The notes below the pieces were generated by a model that made no database searches, was not told where the DNA came from, and worked only from the letters and a program-made list of their open reading frames with translations. A stretch of DNA of 64,000 nucleotides, taken from positions 4,277 to 68,276 of the forward strand of contig JALXCB010000054.1 of NCBI GenBank assembly GCA_026991225.1. Reading direction: 5' to 3'. This stretch comes from Anaerolineae bacterium (GTDB taxonomy: Bacteria; Chloroflexota; Anaerolineae; J102). Positions 29,332-38,511 of the stretch are shown here, piece after piece. Position 1 is the stretch's first letter. Each line of letters starts with the position of its first letter. The position numbers and the translations under genes are program-made.

Positions 29332-29883
29332 TTACTCCTCACCGTCCAATTCACAAAGGATGAGGTTTCGGGCGTCGTTGGGAGTGACTTCCACCAATTG
29401 CAGGGCGCGGGCGTGGGCCTGGATGGGCAGGGGCATGTCCCAGGCCAGAGCGAGGATGCCGAGGGCCTGTTCGGGGGTCAGATCGAAAGCCAGGGTGACG
29501 TGAGGCGTCCATTGGCTGGGCGCATAATAACCCCGCCAATCGGTCGCCAGCCGTTGACACAGCCCGAACGCGGCTTGATGCAGGTCCAACAGGGTCTGCG
29601 AAGGGACGACGCCCAGGAAGACAACGTTATCGATGGTCTGAAACAGACCGAGATGGTTGAGCTGGATGGGGAAGGGGTCCCAGCCCCGGGCGAAATCCGC
29701 CAGCCGGGCCCGACAACCGCCCACATCGAAAGCGGGAGCGTCGGAGACGGCCAGGGTGATGTGCGGGCGATAGCCATCCGCATCCTGCGAAGAGGGATAA
29801 CCCGCGTCGGCAATGCGCCGCCACAGGCCGCGGATGGCGGCTTCGGCCTCGAGATTGAAAAGAAGCTCGATGACGTAGGACAT
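29332..29883 (-). CDS. 2H phosphoesterase (2'-5' RNA ligase-like)
   Basis: Two HxT motifs, PHITL and PHVTL. Confidence 0.85.
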   Translation of the reverse strand: MSYVIELLFNLEAEAAIRGLWRRIADAGYPSSQDADGYRPHITLAVSDAPAFDVGGCRARLADFARGWDPFPIQLNHLGLFQTIDNVVFLGVVPSQTLLDLHQAAFGLCQRLATDWRGYYAPSQWTPHVTLAFDLTPEQALGILALAWDMPLPIQAHARALQLVEVTPNDARNLILCELDGEE

Positions 29884-30065
29884 GGTGAAGCCTCTTACTG
29901 CGGAAAGATTGGAATCATGATACGATAACTCTTGGAAATCTAAAATCTGGCTTCCTGCGTAATGCGTTTGTAAGAATTGCTGATTACAGTTAGGTTGAAG
30001 CGGCAACCATGCGTCGCTCTTGCCCTTACTGTTCACTGCCGACGCAACCCTGATTGCAAAGAGCA

Positions 30066-30199
30066 GTAACTACTAAGGTCGTCACCCGAAAACCACTAAG
30101 AACACGAAGATACAAAGGCACAAAGGGAAATTTATACATTTTTTCTTCGTGTTCTTTGTGCCCTTTGTGGTTTGTTAACCGGGGTACGTTATCAGTTAC
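30066..30199. mobile_element. 134-bp GTAAC-family MITE (subtype B)
   Basis: GTAACTACTAA / TTATCAGTTAC ends; perfect 8-bp TSD AAAGAGCA. Confidence 0.92.
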
Positions 30200-30212
30200 A
30201 AAGAGCAACACC

Positions 30213-31193
30213 ATGTCCTATCCCAAAATTCCCTCTTCCGAAATCACGCCCGAACACCTCTATCGATCCCGACGCCGATTCATGAAAGGCGCGGGCTTCG
30301 TAGCCATGACCGCGCTGCTGGCGGCCTGCGGCGTCCCCGGCCTGAGCGGCAAGGAAGCCTCCGAATCCGCCCTCCCCGGCGCTGGGGCCACGCCCGGCGC
30401 GGTTCCGCCCACGCCCCTCGCGGGCCTCACCGACGAATTGGGCGATCCCGCCAACTCCTGGGATGAAATCACCCACTACAACAACTTCTACGAGTTCACC
30501 ACCAAGAAGACCAAGGTCGCCCAGATGGCGGAAGGTTACCCCACCGAGCCCTGGAAAGTGGAAGTGGGCGGTCTGGTGGAGCATCCCCGCACCTTCGACA
30601 TCGACGACCTGCGCAAGTTTGGGGAAGAGGAGCGCATCTACCGTCTGCGCTGCGTCGAGGCCTGGTCCATGGTCATCCCCTGGGTGGGATTTCCCCTCTC
30701 CCGACTTCTGAAAGAAGTCAAGCCCCTTTCCAAGGCCAAATACGTCCGCTTTCAAACCATTTATGATCCTGAGCGGATGCCCGGCCAGCGCAACAAAGTC
30801 TATCAGTGGCCCTACATCGAGGGCCTGCGCATGGATGAAGCCATGCACGATCTCACGCTGTTGGCCACAGGGCTTTATGGCAAGCCCCTGCCCATGCAGA
30901 GCGGCGCGCCCGTACGCCTGGTCGTGCCCTGGAAGTACGGCTTCAAGAGCATCAAGTCCATCGTCAAGATCGATTTGGTGGAGGAGATGCCCATCTCCCT
31001 GTGGATGGCAGCCGCGCCCAACGAATACGGTTTCTACGCCAACGTCAATCCCGAAGTCAACCATCCCCGCTGGTCGCAACGCACCGAACGACGCATTGGC
31101 GAACGCAAGCGTCGGGAAACCCTCATGTTCAACGGCTATGCCGAGCAGGTGGCTTCTCTCTACGCGGGCATGGACCTGAGGAAGCATTTCTGA
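30213..31193 (+). CDS. msrP: Protein-methionine-sulfoxide reductase catalytic subunit
   Basis: [21 protein letters not shown] and [11 protein letters not shown] motifs; Tat motif SRRRFMK. Confidence 0.96.
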   Translation: MSYPKIPSSEITPEHLYRSRRRFMKGAGFVAMTALLAACGVPGLSGKEASESALPGAGATPGAVPPTPLAGLTDELGDPANSWDEITHYNNFYEFTTKKTKVAQMAEGYPTEPWKVEVGGLVEHPRTFDIDDLRKFGEEERIYRLRCVEAWSMVIPWVGFPLSRLLKEVKPLSKAKYVRFQTIYDPERMPGQRNKVYQWPYIEGLRMDEAMHDLTLLATGLYGKPLPMQSGAPVRLVVPWKYGFKSIKSIVKIDLVEEMPISLWMAAAPNEYGFYANVNPEVNHPRWSQRTERRIGERKRRETLMFNGYAEQVASLYAGMDLRKHF

Positions 31194-31196
31194 CCC

Positions 31197-31865
31197 ATGG
31201 CATCCCGAATTCCCAATCGAATCACGATTTTCCGCGTGCTGGTCCATCTGGCCGCGCTGGCCCCTCTGGCCGTGCTGCTGTGGGATATGTGGGAGGGCAA
31301 TCTGTCGGTGAATCCCATCCAGGATATCACCTTCCGCACAGGCAAGGCCGCAATGGTGCTGTTGACCTTCAGTCTGGCGGCCACGCCCGTCGTCATCGTG
31401 TTCGGCTTCAAGGGCGCGCGCCAGGTGCGACGGGCTCTGGGCCTCTACGCCTTTCTCTACGCCGCACTCCATTTCCTCACCTACGCCTGGCTCGATTACG
31501 GCTGGGACCTGTATCTCATCCGGCTGGAGATAACAGAAAAGCTCTACGTGCTGGTGGGGTTTGCGGCCTTCCTCATCCTCATTCCCCTGGCCGTCACCTC
31601 CACCAAGGGCTGGCAGCGCCGCCTGAAGAAGGGCTGGATCAGGCTGCACAAGCTGGTGTACGCCGCGGGCGTGCTGGTCATGCTGCATTACATTTGGGTG
31701 CAGAAGGCCGATATTCGTCAGCCCCTGGCCTGGACCCTCTTCCTGGCGCTGTTGCTCATCGTGCGCCTTCCGCCCGTGCGCCGCTGGTTCACCCGACGTC
31801 GGACCCGCAAAGCTGTCAGCAGACGTTCCTCTCGCCCCGCGACGAAATTAGAGACATCGAACTAA
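31197..31865 (+). CDS. msrQ: Heme-binding membrane subunit MsrQ
   Basis: RRALGLYAFLYAALH and WIRLHKLVY motifs. Confidence 0.95.
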   Translation: MASRIPNRITIFRVLVHLAALAPLAVLLWDMWEGNLSVNPIQDITFRTGKAAMVLLTFSLAATPVVIVFGFKGARQVRRALGLYAFLYAALHFLTYAWLDYGWDLYLIRLEITEKLYVLVGFAAFLILIPLAVTSTKGWQRRLKKGWIRLHKLVYAAGVLVMLHYIWVQKADIRQPLAWTLFLALLLIVRLPPVRRWFTRRRTRKAVSRRSSRPATKLETSN

Positions 31866-31917
31866 ACTTTTACCAGACCTCCGGGAGGTGGGGGAAAAGA
31901 CGCCTGATTATTACTTA

Positions 31918-32050
31918 CGGGCAGCCAACGACGTGATGCGTGATGCGTAATGCGTAACGACCTCACGGATCACGCATCACGCATTACACCCTTTGCATAC
32001 TCGGCCAACGTCGGCCTGGCGGCCTTTTGCAACCAACGCCAACGCGACGA
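31918..32050 (-). repeat. Scaffold repeat element, heptamer cargo
   Basis: CGTGATG arrays, GTAACGACCTCACGGAT core and CACGCAT arrays; further partial copies at about 32880-32990, 37130-37215 and 50330-50420. Confidence 0.75.
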
Positions 32051-32827
32051 TCACGGCAGACGCAACCGATCCCCTGGCAGGGGGGCCAGGATCCGCCCGT
32101 CGAAGCGCTCCCTTGCTTCCTTAATCCACACCTCGGGATCGCCAGCCAGGCGGTGCACCATGGCCAGGGTCTTCACGCCCGCTTCCGCGGCGACGCGGCC
32201 CGCCTCCCGGGCAGAGGTGTGATTCCCTACCGTGGTCTGGCCCAGGCTCTCGGCTGCGGTGGCCTCGTGGATGAGCAGATCCGCGCCCTGGGCCAGGTCG
32301 ACCACCGCCTGCGTGGGCCGGGTGTCGCCCGAATAGACGATGCTGAATCCGGGCGCCGCGTCGGTGGGAGCGAAGTCGAACCGGGCCGCGTAGGCAGGGA
32401 CTTCGGGCGCGTGGGCCGCGCGGGCCAGGGTGATGCTGATGTCATCCACCACGGGCACGGGCTCGCTTTTGCCTTCCTCCAGGAAGAGAAAAGCCAGCTC
32501 ATCGGCCACCTTGGGCAGATAGTTGGGATAGACGACTTCCATGAGCATGAACCAGGCTTCGATCACAGGCTCCGCGGCCATGAGATAGCGCATGCGGTGG
32601 TAGAAAAGGAAGATGGGGCTGCCCAGGATGTGGTCGCCATGCTGATGGCTGAAGTAGATGTGGGTGATCTGGTCGGGCGAGACGCCCACGCGGTCAAGCT
32701 GCATCATCACCGCGGGGCCCGCGTCCAGCAAGATGCGCGCGGGCCCGTGTTTGATGAGCATGGCGGTGTGGTCACCGGGCCGATCGGGCATGATGGCGCC
32801 GGTTCCGAGGAAGATGAGTTCGGTCAT
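32051..32827 (-). CDS. RNase Z-like metallo-beta-lactamase-fold hydrolase
   Basis: FLGTG, SHQHGDH, YSGDTRP and DLLIHEAT motifs. Confidence 0.85.
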   Translation of the reverse strand: MTELIFLGTGAIMPDRPGDHTAMLIKHGPARILLDAGPAVMMQLDRVGVSPDQITHIYFSHQHGDHILGSPIFLFYHRMRYLMAAEPVIEAWFMLMEVVYPNYLPKVADELAFLFLEEGKSEPVPVVDDISITLARAAHAPEVPAYAARFDFAPTDAAPGFSIVYSGDTRPTQAVVDLAQGADLLIHEATAAESLGQTTVGNHTSAREAGRVAAEAGVKTLAMVHRLAGDPEVWIKEARERFDGRILAPLPGDRLRLP

Positions 32828-32999
32828 GGTTGCTAATGGGAGCAGGATTGGGATTGAGGCTCGCCGTGTCAGGGTTCGAGGCGGCAAGGGGCGTGATGCG
32901 TGAAAACGTGAAACGTGAGGACTTTACGCATTACGCATTAGCATCACGCCGTTGGCTTTCCGCGCCAAAGGGACGCCGGTCGCGCCCCTTCGACGCTCT

Positions 33000-34490
33000 T
33001 TACAACTTCTCCAACAGGCCCGTGCGGCGGTTGAACTCCTCGATGAGGGCGTCCAGCTCCTCCACATGCCCGTGGATGCTGCCCCAATAGTCCTCGTAAT
33101 CGTACCACTGGGCCTGTATCTCTTCGAAGGTCTTGCCCTGCTGTTCGACCCAGGTGTAGTACTTGAGGTTGTGGATGCGTTTGCGGTCGTAGTGGCGGGT
33201 TTCCAGCATGTGATCGACGTCGATGCCCTCCAGCCACTCGGCCCAGGCGGCGATGGCGTCCTCGCGGGTGAACTCGCCCCGCTCCTCGCGCAGCTCGCGC
33301 AGACGGCTCTGATACATTTCCATGGAGTCGGTGGCCACGGTCAGGATCACGTCGTTGGGGCCCAGTTCGTAGTACTTGGCGAACTTGATAGCGGAGATCA
33401 TGTTGGCCACGCTGGAAATGCCCAACAGATCCAGCTTCTCCACGAAGTCCGCGGGCACGCCCTTTTCAACCAGATATTCCTTGCCTTCAGGCTCGTTGAA
33501 CAGGCGGATCAGCGACATGGGGCCTTCGTCATCGATGGCCATGACCATGTCCGTGTTGCGCACGTTGTGAATCCAGGGCACGTGCTTATCGCCGATGCCC
33601 TCGATGCGATGGGAGCCGAAGCCGTTTTCCAACAGGGTGGGGCATTGCAGAGCCTCGCTGGCCGCGATCTTGCTGGTGGGGAACTGCTCTTTCATGTAGT
33701 CGCCGCTGGCGATGGTGCCTGCGGAGCCCGTAGTGAGGACGAGGCCCCGATACTGGTCGCGGGGGCCCATCTCCTGCTCCAGCACCTCGACCATGGCCGG
33801 GCCGGTGATCTCATAGTGCCACAGGTAGTTGCCGAACTCGTCGAACTGGTTGAAGATGACCAGAGGCTCGCCCGAGGCCCGCAGCTCGTTGCATTTGTCG
33901 AAGATCTCCTTGACGTTGCTCTCAGTGCCGGGCGTGGCGATGATCTCCCCAGCAACGGACTCCAGCCACTCGAAACGCTCGCGGCTCATGCCCTCGGGCA
34001 AGATGGCCACCGATTCACAGCCCAGCAGGTTGGAGTCGTAGGCGCCGCCGCGGCAGTAATTGCCCGTGGAGGGCCACACCGCCTTGTGGTAGGTGGGATC
34101 GAACTGGCCCGTGGTCAGCCGGGGGACGAGGCAGCCGAAGGCTGCGCCCACCTTGTGCGCGCCCGTGGGGAACCACTTGCCGATAAGGGTGATGATGCGG
34201 GCCTCGACGCCGGTCAACTCGCTGGGATATTCCATGTAGTTGACGCCGTTGAAGCCGCCGCCGAAGGGCACGGGCTCGTTCTTCCAGGTGATGCGGAAGA
34301 GATTGAGGGGATTCAGGTCCCACAGGCCCACGTTCTTCAGCTTTTCCTTGATCTTGTCGGGAATCAGCTCGGGATGGCGCTGCTGTTGGAAGGTGGGGAT
34401 GATGATGTTGCGTTCGCGGGCGCGCTCGATAGCGTGCTCCAGCCAGGTTTCGTTGTGAATGCTGAGGTCAATCAGGTTGTATTTTGACAT
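33000..34490 (-). CDS. Large fold-type II PLP-dependent enzyme of unknown reaction
   Basis: FPTGAHKVG (PLP lysine), WPSTGNY, GSAGT and HRIEGIGDKH motifs; 496 aa. Confidence 0.85.
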   Translation of the reverse strand: MSKYNLIDLSIHNETWLEHAIERARERNIIIPTFQQQRHPELIPDKIKEKLKNVGLWDLNPLNLFRITWKNEPVPFGGGFNGVNYMEYPSELTGVEARIITLIGKWFPTGAHKVGAAFGCLVPRLTTGQFDPTYHKAVWPSTGNYCRGGAYDSNLLGCESVAILPEGMSRERFEWLESVAGEIIATPGTESNVKEIFDKCNELRASGEPLVIFNQFDEFGNYLWHYEITGPAMVEVLEQEMGPRDQYRGLVLTTGSAGTIASGDYMKEQFPTSKIAASEALQCPTLLENGFGSHRIEGIGDKHVPWIHNVRNTDMVMAIDDEGPMSLIRLFNEPEGKEYLVEKGVPADFVEKLDLLGISSVANMISAIKFAKYYELGPNDVILTVATDSMEMYQSRLRELREERGEFTREDAIAAWAEWLEGIDVDHMLETRHYDRKRIHNLKYYTWVEQQGKTFEEIQAQWYDYEDYWGSIHGHVEELDALIEEFNRRTGLLEKL

Positions 34491-34565
34491 GGTAGGTATG
34501 GTTGAACTATGGGAGCTGATTGACTGACAAAACGCGTTTTGGTCTGCTGTGGCCGCCTATGCTGT

Positions 34566-34694
34566 CGACTGAAGTCGTACCATTCCAGGCCTGCGGCCAG
34601 TGGACGGCCTCCGCCGTCCATGTTCATGATGGAAATCAGGTCGACGAAGGTCGACCACAGGCGCGAAGCGCCTGAAGAGTCCGAGTTTACTCGG
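34566..34694 (-). repeat. Multi-hairpin cassette, inverted copy of 2126-2254
   Basis: Same ordered hairpins CCGAGTAAACTCGG, GGCGCTTCGCGCC, GTCGACCTTCGTCGAC, TGGACGGCGGAGGCCGTCCA and GGCCGCAGGCC. Confidence 0.85.
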
Positions 34695-34740
34695 TGAATA
34701 TGGTCGGAAAGGAAAGACTCAAGATTTGTCAGTCAACCAG

Positions 34741-35280
34741 CTATGGGAGAATTGTGAAGAATGGCGTGTGTTTTGGGCGAACGATGAGAAAATCGCGGCG
34801 ATCGACGGTCAGAATGTGCCGGACGTGCAGCCGTTCGGCCAGGGCGACAATGCTTGCATCGACGAAGTCAAGGTTTGCATCGGCATATTCGGCCAAAAGT
34901 GCGTTGATGCGAGGCAAGTCATCAGGCTCCAACGTGACCAGGACGAGATCGGCAAGGAGGTTTTTCAAATCGCTCATATGGAGAAGCCGACAAAGAAACG
35001 TCATTCCGAGGGAGCGAAGCGACCGAGGAATCTAGCGAAGCGCAAAATCCACGACATGACGTAACCCATGTTGGGAATTCCAATATGAGCGTTTCAAATA
35101 GAACCTCATTCGCGCATGACCCAATCGCGCCTGCAGAAGGTAAGCCAGTTCTACGATGACCGTATCGGGCAGCAGGGGTTCCAGGCCGGGCGTTTGCAGG
35201 GTCTGGACAGCGTCCCGATGCTGGGCATCACCGGCATCGAAGAGCGCGTACAAAAAGCCGGTGTCGACCAACGCGATCAT
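34741..35280 (-). pseudogene. PIN-domain toxin split by an insertion
   Basis: N-part MIALVDTGFLYAL...VELAYLL and C-part LDFVDASIVALAERL...TVDRRDF lie in different frames on either side of about 150 bp of foreign sequence. Confidence 0.85.
34957..35107. mobile_element. About 150-bp insertion with imperfect terminal inverted repeats and a REP-like palindrome
   Basis: GAGGTT...CGCTCATAT / ATATGAGCG...AACCTC ends; internal GTCATTCCGAGGGAGCGAAGCGACCGAGGAATCT. Confidence 0.6.
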
Positions 35281-35576
35281 GGCGTTTCTGTCTGCTCATA
35301 CTTTTGCAAGATGGCTTGGGCGACGATCTCATGAACGCGTTCCGATGTGTCGCTATGACCCGAGTTGGCTGTGCCAGCCAATCTTTTCAGCGCCTCGACG
35401 CCGCGGCCGCGTTTCGGTGCGGTCAATTCGAAAGGAATGGCCCGCCGATGGACAACCTGGCGCAGGTACAACGTGATGGCCTGGGACGTGGTCAAGCCGA
35501 TTTGTGAAAATATCTCCTCGGCTTCTTCTTTTAGTTCAGGATCGACGCGGGCGGTGATGACAGCGGTTTTGGGCAT
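35277..35576 (-). CDS. RelB/DinJ-family antitoxin
   Basis: ITARVDPELKEEAEEIFSQIGLTTSQAITLYL...IPFEL. Confidence 0.9.
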   Translation of the reverse strand: MPKTAVITARVDPELKEEAEEIFSQIGLTTSQAITLYLRQVVHRRAIPFELTAPKRGRGVEALKRLAGTANSGHSDTSERVHEIVAQAILQKYEQTETP

Positions 35577-35589
35577 GAGTTTGACCTCC

Positions 35590-35640
35590 TTGTATGGCAT
35601 TTGTGTAATTATCGTATCACGAAACGCCATACAATGTCAA
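35590..35640 (-). promoter_or_regulatory. Toxin-antitoxin promoter with inverted-repeat operator
   Basis: TTGACA on the minus strand at 35635-35640; inverted repeat TTGTATGGC (35590) / GCCATACAA (35626). Confidence 0.65.
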
Positions 35641-35647
35641 TCAGTTT

Positions 35648-35791
35648 GTAACTGCTAAGGTAGTTGGCCCCAATCGCCCCTTTTTTGCCACGAAGACACG
35701 AAGGAAACGAAGGCGCGAAGTCATTCAAAAAAGATTTTATCCGTGTTTCCTCGTATCCGTGTCGAATGAACAGGGCTACGTTAGCAGTTAC
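35648..35791. mobile_element. 144-bp GTAAC-family MITE (subtype A)
   Basis: Identical to 18365-18508; flanks ATCAGTTT / ATCATTTT (7/8 TSD). Confidence 0.92.
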
Positions 35792-35832
35792 ATCATTTTG
35801 CGTATTTCATGCCCGAAGCGACTGAACACTAC

Positions 35833-37086
35833 TCACTGTCCCAGCGCCCGCTTCACGTCCTCCAGACTCGGGCGAACGTGATGGGGTTGTGCGCTCGTCA
35901 GCTCGGCCGCCTTCATGGCGCTGGCCACGTCCTTTAGACCGCTGCCCGTGCTCAGGACGACGATGCGCTCCTCGGGCGAGACCAGGCCCAGATCGACGGC
36001 CTTGCGCAGGCCCGCATACGCGGCCGCGGCCGCGGGCTCGGCGAACACGCCCGTCTTCTGCGCCAGCTCGGGGATGGCGGCCAGAATGGCTTCGTCGCTG
36101 ACGGTGACGAACGCGCCGTCGCTCTCCCGCACCGCGCGCATGGCCTTCAGCCGGTCCCGTGGCAGGCCCGCGCTGATGCTGTCGGCCACGCTGTGAGCCT
36201 GGATGGGCGGTTTCGTCAGCACGTCCTCGCCCTTCTCCCAGGCTTCGGCCAGGTAGTTGCTGCCCTCGGCCTGCACGCCGATGATGCGAGGCATGTGGTC
36301 GATCCAGCCGAGCTGCATCAGATCGTACAGGCCTTTGTACACGCCGCCGATGATGCAGCCATCTCCCACGCTGACGAAGATGACGTCGGGTGCATCCCAG
36401 CCGAGCTGCTCGCAGATCTCGTAGCTGACGGTCTTCTTGCCCTCGGACATGTAGGGGTTGTAGCCCGTGTTGCGGTTGTACCACCCGAACGCGTCCGCGG
36501 CCTCCAGGCAGAGCTCGAAGGCGTCGTCATACGTGCCGTCCACCAGCATGACCGTGGAGCCGAAGGTGAGAAGCTGCGCGATCTTGGCCTGGGGCGCGCT
36601 GGCCGGGACGAAGATGACGTTGGGTTGATCGACGCTGGCGGCCAGGCCGCTGAGTGCGGCCGCGGCGTTGCCCGTGCTGGCCGTGGTGATGACCTTCGCC
36701 CCCATCTCTTGCGCTTTGACGATGGCGATGGCGCTGGCCCGGTCCTTGAAGGACGCAGTGGGTTCCCGACCGTCATCCTTCACCCACACATGCTTCAGGC
36801 CCAGGCCCGCGGCCAGCCGCGGCGCGTCGTACAGCGGCGTCCCGCCCACGGTCAGGGGCGGTACGGCCGCGTCGGGCGCCACCGGCAGCATGGGCTTGTA
36901 GCGCCAGATGGTGGGGTCGGGATTTTCGGCCAGGGATGCGGGCGTGATGGCCTGGGCGATGGCGTCGTAATCGTACACCACGTCCAGAATGCCTTCGTTG
37001 CCGTGGTCGGGGCAAACGTACTTCACCTCATCGGGCTGATAGGTCTTGCCGCAGATCATGCACTGGAGGTATTTGATGTGAGGCAT
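35833..37086 (-). CDS. Threonine-synthase-like PLP enzyme with N-terminal Zn ribbon
   Basis: CMICG...CP, EPTASFKDR, ASTGNA and EGKKT motifs. Confidence 0.88.
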   Translation of the reverse strand: MPHIKYLQCMICGKTYQPDEVKYVCPDHGNEGILDVVYDYDAIAQAITPASLAENPDPTIWRYKPMLPVAPDAAVPPLTVGGTPLYDAPRLAAGLGLKHVWVKDDGREPTASFKDRASAIAIVKAQEMGAKVITTASTGNAAAALSGLAASVDQPNVIFVPASAPQAKIAQLLTFGSTVMLVDGTYDDAFELCLEAADAFGWYNRNTGYNPYMSEGKKTVSYEICEQLGWDAPDVIFVSVGDGCIIGGVYKGLYDLMQLGWIDHMPRIIGVQAEGSNYLAEAWEKGEDVLTKPPIQAHSVADSISAGLPRDRLKAMRAVRESDGAFVTVSDEAILAAIPELAQKTGVFAEPAAAAAYAGLRKAVDLGLVSPEERIVVLSTGSGLKDVASAMKAAELTSAQPHHVRPSLEDVKRALGQ

Positions 37087-37249
37087 ACTTTTTAGAGATC
37101 TATGTAAAGCGTAAGTTGGATGAGTCAACAAGGGTCGTAATGCGTGATGCGTAATCCGTAAGATTGCCACGCATCACGCATCACGTTTCATAGACTGGCG
37201 TCCGCGCCAGTCGGGCGCCTCTGGCCAGGGACGTCAACCCATCCAGATG

Positions 37250-38203
37250 CTAGTCCATCACAATATGCGTGCCCGCTTCACCCAACAACGCCTTAGCCAG
37301 ATTAGGCGGGTCGGTGATGATGGCCCGCTTGCCGCCGTGTTCCAGGAAGTCGATGCAGGCTTCCACTTTGGGCAACATGCTGCCGGGTGCGAAATGCCCT
37401 TCCGCCATGTATTGCTTCATCTCCGACACGGTGACCTCATCCAGCCATTTCTGGTTGGGCTTGTTGAAATTGATGGCCACCTTGGGCACCGCCGTGGAGA
37501 TGACCAGCAAATCCGCCTGGATATCCTTGGCCAGCAGGGCGCTGGCTCGATCCTTGTCGATGACCGCGGGAGGCGCGGGCGCCAGGAAGCCTTCGTCGTC
37601 GCGGATGACGGGGATGCCTCCTCCGCCTACGGCGACGACGATCCAGCCTTCGTTCACCGAGGATTTGATGGCGTTGAGTTCGATGATCTCCAGGGGTTTA
37701 GGGCTGGCGATGACGCGACGGTAACCCCGCCCCGCATCCTCGACCACCTGCCATCCCATCTCCTCGAAGGTTTTCGCTTCTTCCTGGGTCATAAAACCGC
37801 CGATGGGTTTGGTGGGGTTTTGGAAGGCGGGGTCGTTTTTATCCACCAGCACCTGGGTGACGATGGTGATGGCCCGGCGATAGAGCCCCCGGCGCTGGAA
37901 TTCATTGTCCATGGATTGCTGGATCATATAGCCGATGGAGCCTTGCGTATCCGCGCCGATGAGGTCCAGGGTGACGGGATGGACTTCGGGCATGGCCAGC
38001 TCGGCCCGGCGCAGGATGAACCCCACCTGCGGGCCGTTGCCGTGGGTGATCACTGTGTCCCAGCCGTGTTCCACGAGATCGGCGATATGGGTGCTGGTTT
38101 CTTTTACTGCGGCCCATTGGTGTTCGATTTGGGGATGATGCTTGTCCGGGATGAGGGAGTTGCCGCCGATGGCGATGACGGCGGTGCCTTTACGTTCGGT
38201 CAT
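37250..38203 (-). CDS. arcC: Carbamate kinase
   Basis: AIGGNS, THGNGPQVG, PTKPIG, GGGGIPV and GSMLPK motifs. Confidence 0.96.
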   Translation of the reverse strand: MTERKGTAVIAIGGNSLIPDKHHPQIEHQWAAVKETSTHIADLVEHGWDTVITHGNGPQVGFILRRAELAMPEVHPVTLDLIGADTQGSIGYMIQQSMDNEFQRRGLYRRAITIVTQVLVDKNDPAFQNPTKPIGGFMTQEEAKTFEEMGWQVVEDAGRGYRRVIASPKPLEIIELNAIKSSVNEGWIVVAVGGGGIPVIRDDEGFLAPAPPAVIDKDRASALLAKDIQADLLVISTAVPKVAINFNKPNQKWLDEVTVSEMKQYMAEGHFAPGSMLPKVEACIDFLEHGGKRAIITDPPNLAKALLGEAGTHIVMD

Positions 38204-38212
38204 GGGGGTGCT

Positions 38213-38480
38213 CCTGCTATGAAAATAGAGTAATCAGTGATCAGTTATCAGTAATCAGTAGGAATCTGCGTTGCATCTGCGTTCCCATTTTCATCGGTAT
38301 CGGCGCGCCGTCGCGCGCGTCGCCTGCTTTGAAAATAGGATCAGGATCAGGATTGAGGATCGTCAGGACAACGTTGGGCGAGTCTGCACCGAACGTGATG
38401 CGTGAAAACGTGAAACGTGAGATCGTTACGCATCACGCATGACGCATTACGTGACTAGCTTCCCGCGCCAACCTGGCTGG
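38213..38480 (+). repeat. Two tandem scaffold units with different cargo
   Basis: CCTGCTATGAAAATAG at 38213 and CCTGCTTTGAAAATAG at 38323 each open a unit. Confidence 0.8.
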
Positions 38481-38511
38481 CAATGACTTACTGCTGACGG
38501 ATAACTGTCCT

